Shown here piece by piece: positions 56,929 through 60,286 of a stretch of 60,286 bases of DNA. How positions within the stretch are numbered: the stretch's first letter is position 1; every line of letters begins with the position of its first letter. The translations under genes were made by a program, and so were the position numbers. This stretch comes from an uncultured bacterium (lineage in GTDB: Bacteria > JAJVIF01 > JAPKYR01). The notes beneath the pieces were generated by a model. The model worked only from the letters and a program-made list of their open reading frames with translations, made no database searches and was not told the DNA's origin. Location of the stretch: positions 1-60,286 of the forward strand of contig CBDURU010000007.1 of NCBI GenBank assembly GCA_965369865.1. The letters are read 5' to 3'.

Positions 56929-59304
56929 CTAATCACAACTATAGATATCAATGTAGTCGTTGAAATAGTGGGGCACATCCAGGCGGTCCGTTTTAACAGC
57001 CATCCAAGGCTGTGTGAATACCATGAGAACCATGCAGTCCGGACCCGGATGATGCCATCCAATTCGAATTTCAAGCTCCTCAGCATCGTCCATGCATGCC
57101 CAGTCGATCGTTGGATAATAACCGCTTGTGCTGAATTCGCCCATCGTAACCGCGATCACCATTTCAGTTTCCCAGTCGACAGACGGTGGACCTGGTCCGC
57201 CCGATGCGACTGCCCACCACGATGCCCACGTGACTTGGTCCTTGATTACTTCCATTGACTGGCCATATGCTGACCCATAGGAACCTTTGCCGATTTCCTT
57301 CAGGTCAAGGCAGTCGATCTCTTCGCCAACTATAATCTCAAGTGGAGAATCAAGTGTATCGGTACCGGCTTCATCATCTGTGACCTTTAATTGCACGAAA
57401 TAAGTTTGTTCGGAATAAAAGGCGGACTGAGCGGATGGGTCATCAGAAGAAAATTCGTAAACGCCATCGTTATTAAAATCCCACTCGTATAAAACAATTT
57501 CCAATTGATCGCAATCATTATCGAACGAACCTGACCCATCGAAATTGACTGTCTCCCCGACAATCGGGTTGTAGTTATCCGCATTAGCGTTTGCGGATGG
57601 GAGTGCGTTTTCAATGATTACCTCAAGAGGTGTGTCGAGTTCATCGGTCAGGCCGCCATCATCGGTCACCCTGAACTGCACCTGGAAAGTACCGGTATGA
57701 TTCCAGAAATGCCATGTGTCGCTGGATTCTTCGTCGTAAATCCCGTCGTTGTCCCAGTCCCATTTGTAGTGTACTATGCTGCCATCATCGTCGTATGAGC
57801 CGTTATCAAAGAAATGTATCGGTTCACAGACTATCTGAGGATTCGGATCGAGATCGGCAATCGCGACCGGAGGGAGGTTTACATCTTCGATAATTGTTAT
57901 TTCAATCGGCTGGTCCAGTACATCGGTCGAGGCATCGTTGTCAGTTACCCGGAATTGTATTTCGAAAGTGCCCGTGAAGCTCCAGGAGTGCCATAATTCA
58001 CTACCTGATTCATCGAAAATTCCATCGTTCTCCCAGTCCCATTCATACAATTCAATATTTCCATCAGGATCGAATGAGCCGTCATCGTAAAAATGGATTG
58101 GCTCATTTACATAAGCAATAAGCGGGTTTGCCGATGCTAATGCCACCGGAGGCTGCGCCTGTGGAATGAACTCACCGACCTCCACTGTAAACACCTGGTA
58201 GGCTGTAAGGTCCAGCCAGGGTTTTCCCGGATCATTATCAGTATCTTCAACCGAAATCAGCGCGGTATATTCTCCCTGCTCCGCGAGATTTCCATTTTCA
58301 AGTATTACCTCATATCTTGAATAGCCCGGGAAGTCCGCAACCCATGTTCCCCCGAAGACGCCGTCAATCAATTCGGCACATTCAACCTGCACCGCGCCGA
58401 TTGTATCCGGACCCTGGTGGTCGTAAATATCGATAAAAAGTATACCCTGTCCGCCCTCGTCTGTTATTCCACCACCGATCGCCTCGTAACTCATTTCTAA
58501 TTTCCAGGCTTCGGAACAGTTAGCTTCAGGCGGGAAATCCAGCATCGGATCCTCGACAGGCTGTTGGTCCGCAGGAGCCCAGGATGCATCGACAGCGTAA
58601 CCGATGACAAATTCATTCGGCGGGGACGGGAACTTGAGCTTATATTGGGCATCGACAAATGTCGAAACAAGCAGAGCATTCCTGGTGTTAGATGGATCTC
58701 CTGAAATATGCCGCTTGTAACCATTAAGTGTCGCATCGGGAATTTCGGAAGTCGCCAGGTTACCCTCGATGTAGCCCTGTAATCCTCCCGGTCCCTCACC
58801 GATCGTAGAACCATTGTAAAGAGTCGTATAACCGTCCGCGTTGACCAGTTCACCATCGCCGAGCAACCGGTCGGGGATAACCAGCCCAAATTCGGCGAAT
58901 GTACGGCTTCCATCGAACATCATTATTCCCCTGACATCGAACACTGTATACTCAGGCATCGGGAACGGATGCGTAATTCGAATTGTGATCATCCAGGTGT
59001 TATCGCCCATATTCTCCAGCCCGACGATCTGAAAACACGTCATATTTTCCAGCAGCCTGACTATGTTCAGGTGATCGGAGATGATCCTCGCTGGAATTGT
59101 TTCAATTTCCCCTGAATCCAGGTCGACCGCCAGATTCCAGTAACCCATCAGGTTGTGCCCTGCCGACATTCCGGTCTGGCTTTTGTAGTCTGTAATATCA
59201 CCAGCGACTGGGTTATTTTCAGTCACATGTCCGGTTGAACATGAAACCAGCAGCAATAATAAAAAGGTGAGAACCACAACTTGAGAAATGGCTCGATGAT
59301 CCAT
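56929..59304 (-). CDS. Large surface lipoprotein, paralogue C (shared N-terminal module + 3 PKD + PrcB C-terminal-like domain)
   Basis: GGAGG RBS, lipobox LVSC; HPFP, FDVR, NADGY, NGYK, EAW, DHQ; three PKD units; VDW..EMVIAV.MG...SGY..P.P.CMV...FTQPW. Confidence 0.82.
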   Translation of the reverse strand: MDHRAISQVVVLTFLLLLLVSCSTGHVTENNPVAGDITDYKSQTGMSAGHNLMGYWNLAVDLDSGEIETIPARIISDHLNIVRLLENMTCFQIVGLENMGDNTWMITIRITHPFPMPEYTVFDVRGIMMFDGSRTFAEFGLVIPDRLLGDGELVNADGYTTLYNGSTIGEGPGGLQGYIEGNLATSEIPDATLNGYKRHISGDPSNTRNALLVSTFVDAQYKLKFPSPPNEFVIGYAVDASWAPADQQPVEDPMLDFPPEANCSEAWKLEMSYEAIGGGITDEGGQGILFIDIYDHQGPDTIGAVQVECAELIDGVFGGTWVADFPGYSRYEVILENGNLAEQGEYTALISVEDTDNDPGKPWLDLTAYQVFTVEVGEFIPQAQPPVALASANPLIAYVNEPIHFYDDGSFDPDGNIELYEWDWENDGIFDESGSELWHSWSFTGTFEIQFRVTDNDASTDVLDQPIEITIIEDVNLPPVAIADLDPNPQIVCEPIHFFDNGSYDDDGSIVHYKWDWDNDGIYDEESSDTWHFWNHTGTFQVQFRVTDDGGLTDELDTPLEVIIENALPSANANADNYNPIVGETVNFDGSGSFDNDCDQLEIVLYEWDFNNDGVYEFSSDDPSAQSAFYSEQTYFVQLKVTDDEAGTDTLDSPLEIIVGEEIDCLDLKEIGKGSYGSAYGQSMEVIKDQVTWASWWAVASGGPGPPSVDWETEMVIAVTMGEFSTSGYYPTIDWACMDDAEELEIRIGWHHPGPDCMVLMVFTQPWMAVKTDRLDVPHYFNDYIDIYSCD

Positions 59305-59416
59305 TTTGGAACCTCCCTGGCCCGTGCAGCATTCTTTTCGCATATATATTCTATCGCCTAATTAGATGTTACACAACCTGATATGAATAAGAGGAACTAG
59401 TTCGATGGATGCAGAC

Positions 59417-60124
59417 TTAAACGGATCGTGTAAATTTCGGATTATTTCCCGCAATTACTATTGTGACCTCGCCTTTGATCTTCCTGTCCCTGAACTTATC
59501 GGCCAGGTCCGACAGGTACCCCCTGTGGATTCTCTCGAATTTTTTTGTAAGCTCGATACATACCGCCCCCAATCGATCTCCCAATAACTCGAGAGCTGAA
59601 TCCAGAGTTTTTCCCACTCTGAACGGTGACTCAAATATCACCAGCGTATGAGAATTTTCTCTTTCATTCGCGAAAAACCTGGCCATCTGACCTTTTTTCC
59701 GTGGAGGGAACCCGAGAAAGGTGTATGAATCGGTTGGAAGTCCCGATGACACGATCGCTGTCGCTATCGCGGATGCACCTGGAAGCACGACCACTTCAAT
59801 GCCAAGCCCGGCAGCTTCCCTGATTAACCTGTAGCCGGGATCGGAGAGGCCCGGGTATCCCGCATCGGAGCATACTGCGACCGATTTCCCCTCGCCCAGG
59901 AGTTTTATAATGCCCTTGACAGCGGTTTTTTCGTTTTTCTCACGATACGAGATAATTTTCGCAGGTCGGGAGATATCATATTTTCCAAGTAGGATCCTGG
60001 TCCGTCTGGTATCCTCGCAGGCAAGGACATCGACCTCCCCGAGAATTCGGACAGCGCGGTACGTCAAATCCTCGAGATTTCCAATTGGCGTGGCGACAAT
60101 ATACAGGATTGCGGTGTCTTCCAT
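59417..60124 (-). CDS. rsmI: 16S rRNA (cytidine-1402-2'-O)-methyltransferase
   Basis: LYIVATPIGNLED, CEDTR, SDAG.P.LSDPG, PGASA, FESP.R, ELTKKFE, KGE. Confidence 0.96.
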   Translation of the reverse strand: MEDTAILYIVATPIGNLEDLTYRAVRILGEVDVLACEDTRRTRILLGKYDISRPAKIISYREKNEKTAVKGIIKLLGEGKSVAVCSDAGYPGLSDPGYRLIREAAGLGIEVVVLPGASAIATAIVSSGLPTDSYTFLGFPPRKKGQMARFFANERENSHTLVIFESPFRVGKTLDSALELLGDRLGAVCIELTKKFERIHRGYLSDLADKFRDRKIKGEVTIVIAGNNPKFTRSV

Positions 60125-60286
60125 GAACAATTTACCCCGCTGGTTATTATAGAAGATAAAGGGTGGAAAATGGAAATCTCGCTGAATAGCGGTGCCCCGA
60201 CCACATTACTAAACTCTTGTTATGCAAATTTCCGACCAAAACGTATAAAATTTTTGATTTAATTTTTTTAATTTTCTTTAGCTTTT

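Noticed and set aside
1..60286. Many overlapping or antisense ORFs in the six-frame track (e.g. 16420-17007, 40450-41190, 49202-49936)
   Set aside because: Shadows of well-supported genes, with no RBS or recognisable motifs.

Overview
Bacterial chromosomal segment (standard code, moderate GC with AT-rich intergenic DNA), lineage not identifiable from sequence alone. It carries scattered housekeeping genes (manC, murC-ddl, rsmA, grpE-dnaK-like, tRNA-Thr(CGT), truB-ribF, purE, nrdJ, M18 peptidase, rsmI), signalling proteins (GAF-PP2C, GAF-HD-GYP, HDOD), a glycosyltransferase/flippase cluster interrupted by a REP-associated tyrosine transposase (RAYT), dispersed Tad pilus parts, and many large acidic surface lipoproteins. 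Main observations: (1) three paralogous lipoproteins share an unrecognised ~400-aa N-terminal module fused to different C-terminal modules, and a Cys-marked triple-PKD cassette is shared between two otherwise unrelated lipoproteins; (2) the RAYT is flanked by REP hairpins with ~75-nt loops, while dispersed copies have short loops and compensatory stem changes; several other GTAG/GTAC REP-like types and a 140-bp MITE inserted inside a REP are also present; (3) several candidate structured RNAs, including a promoter-driven ~190-nt rod (6S-like); (4) a DinG-type protein with intact exonuclease motifs but eroded helicase motifs. All calls come from reading the sequence by eye; no searches or folding programs were run.
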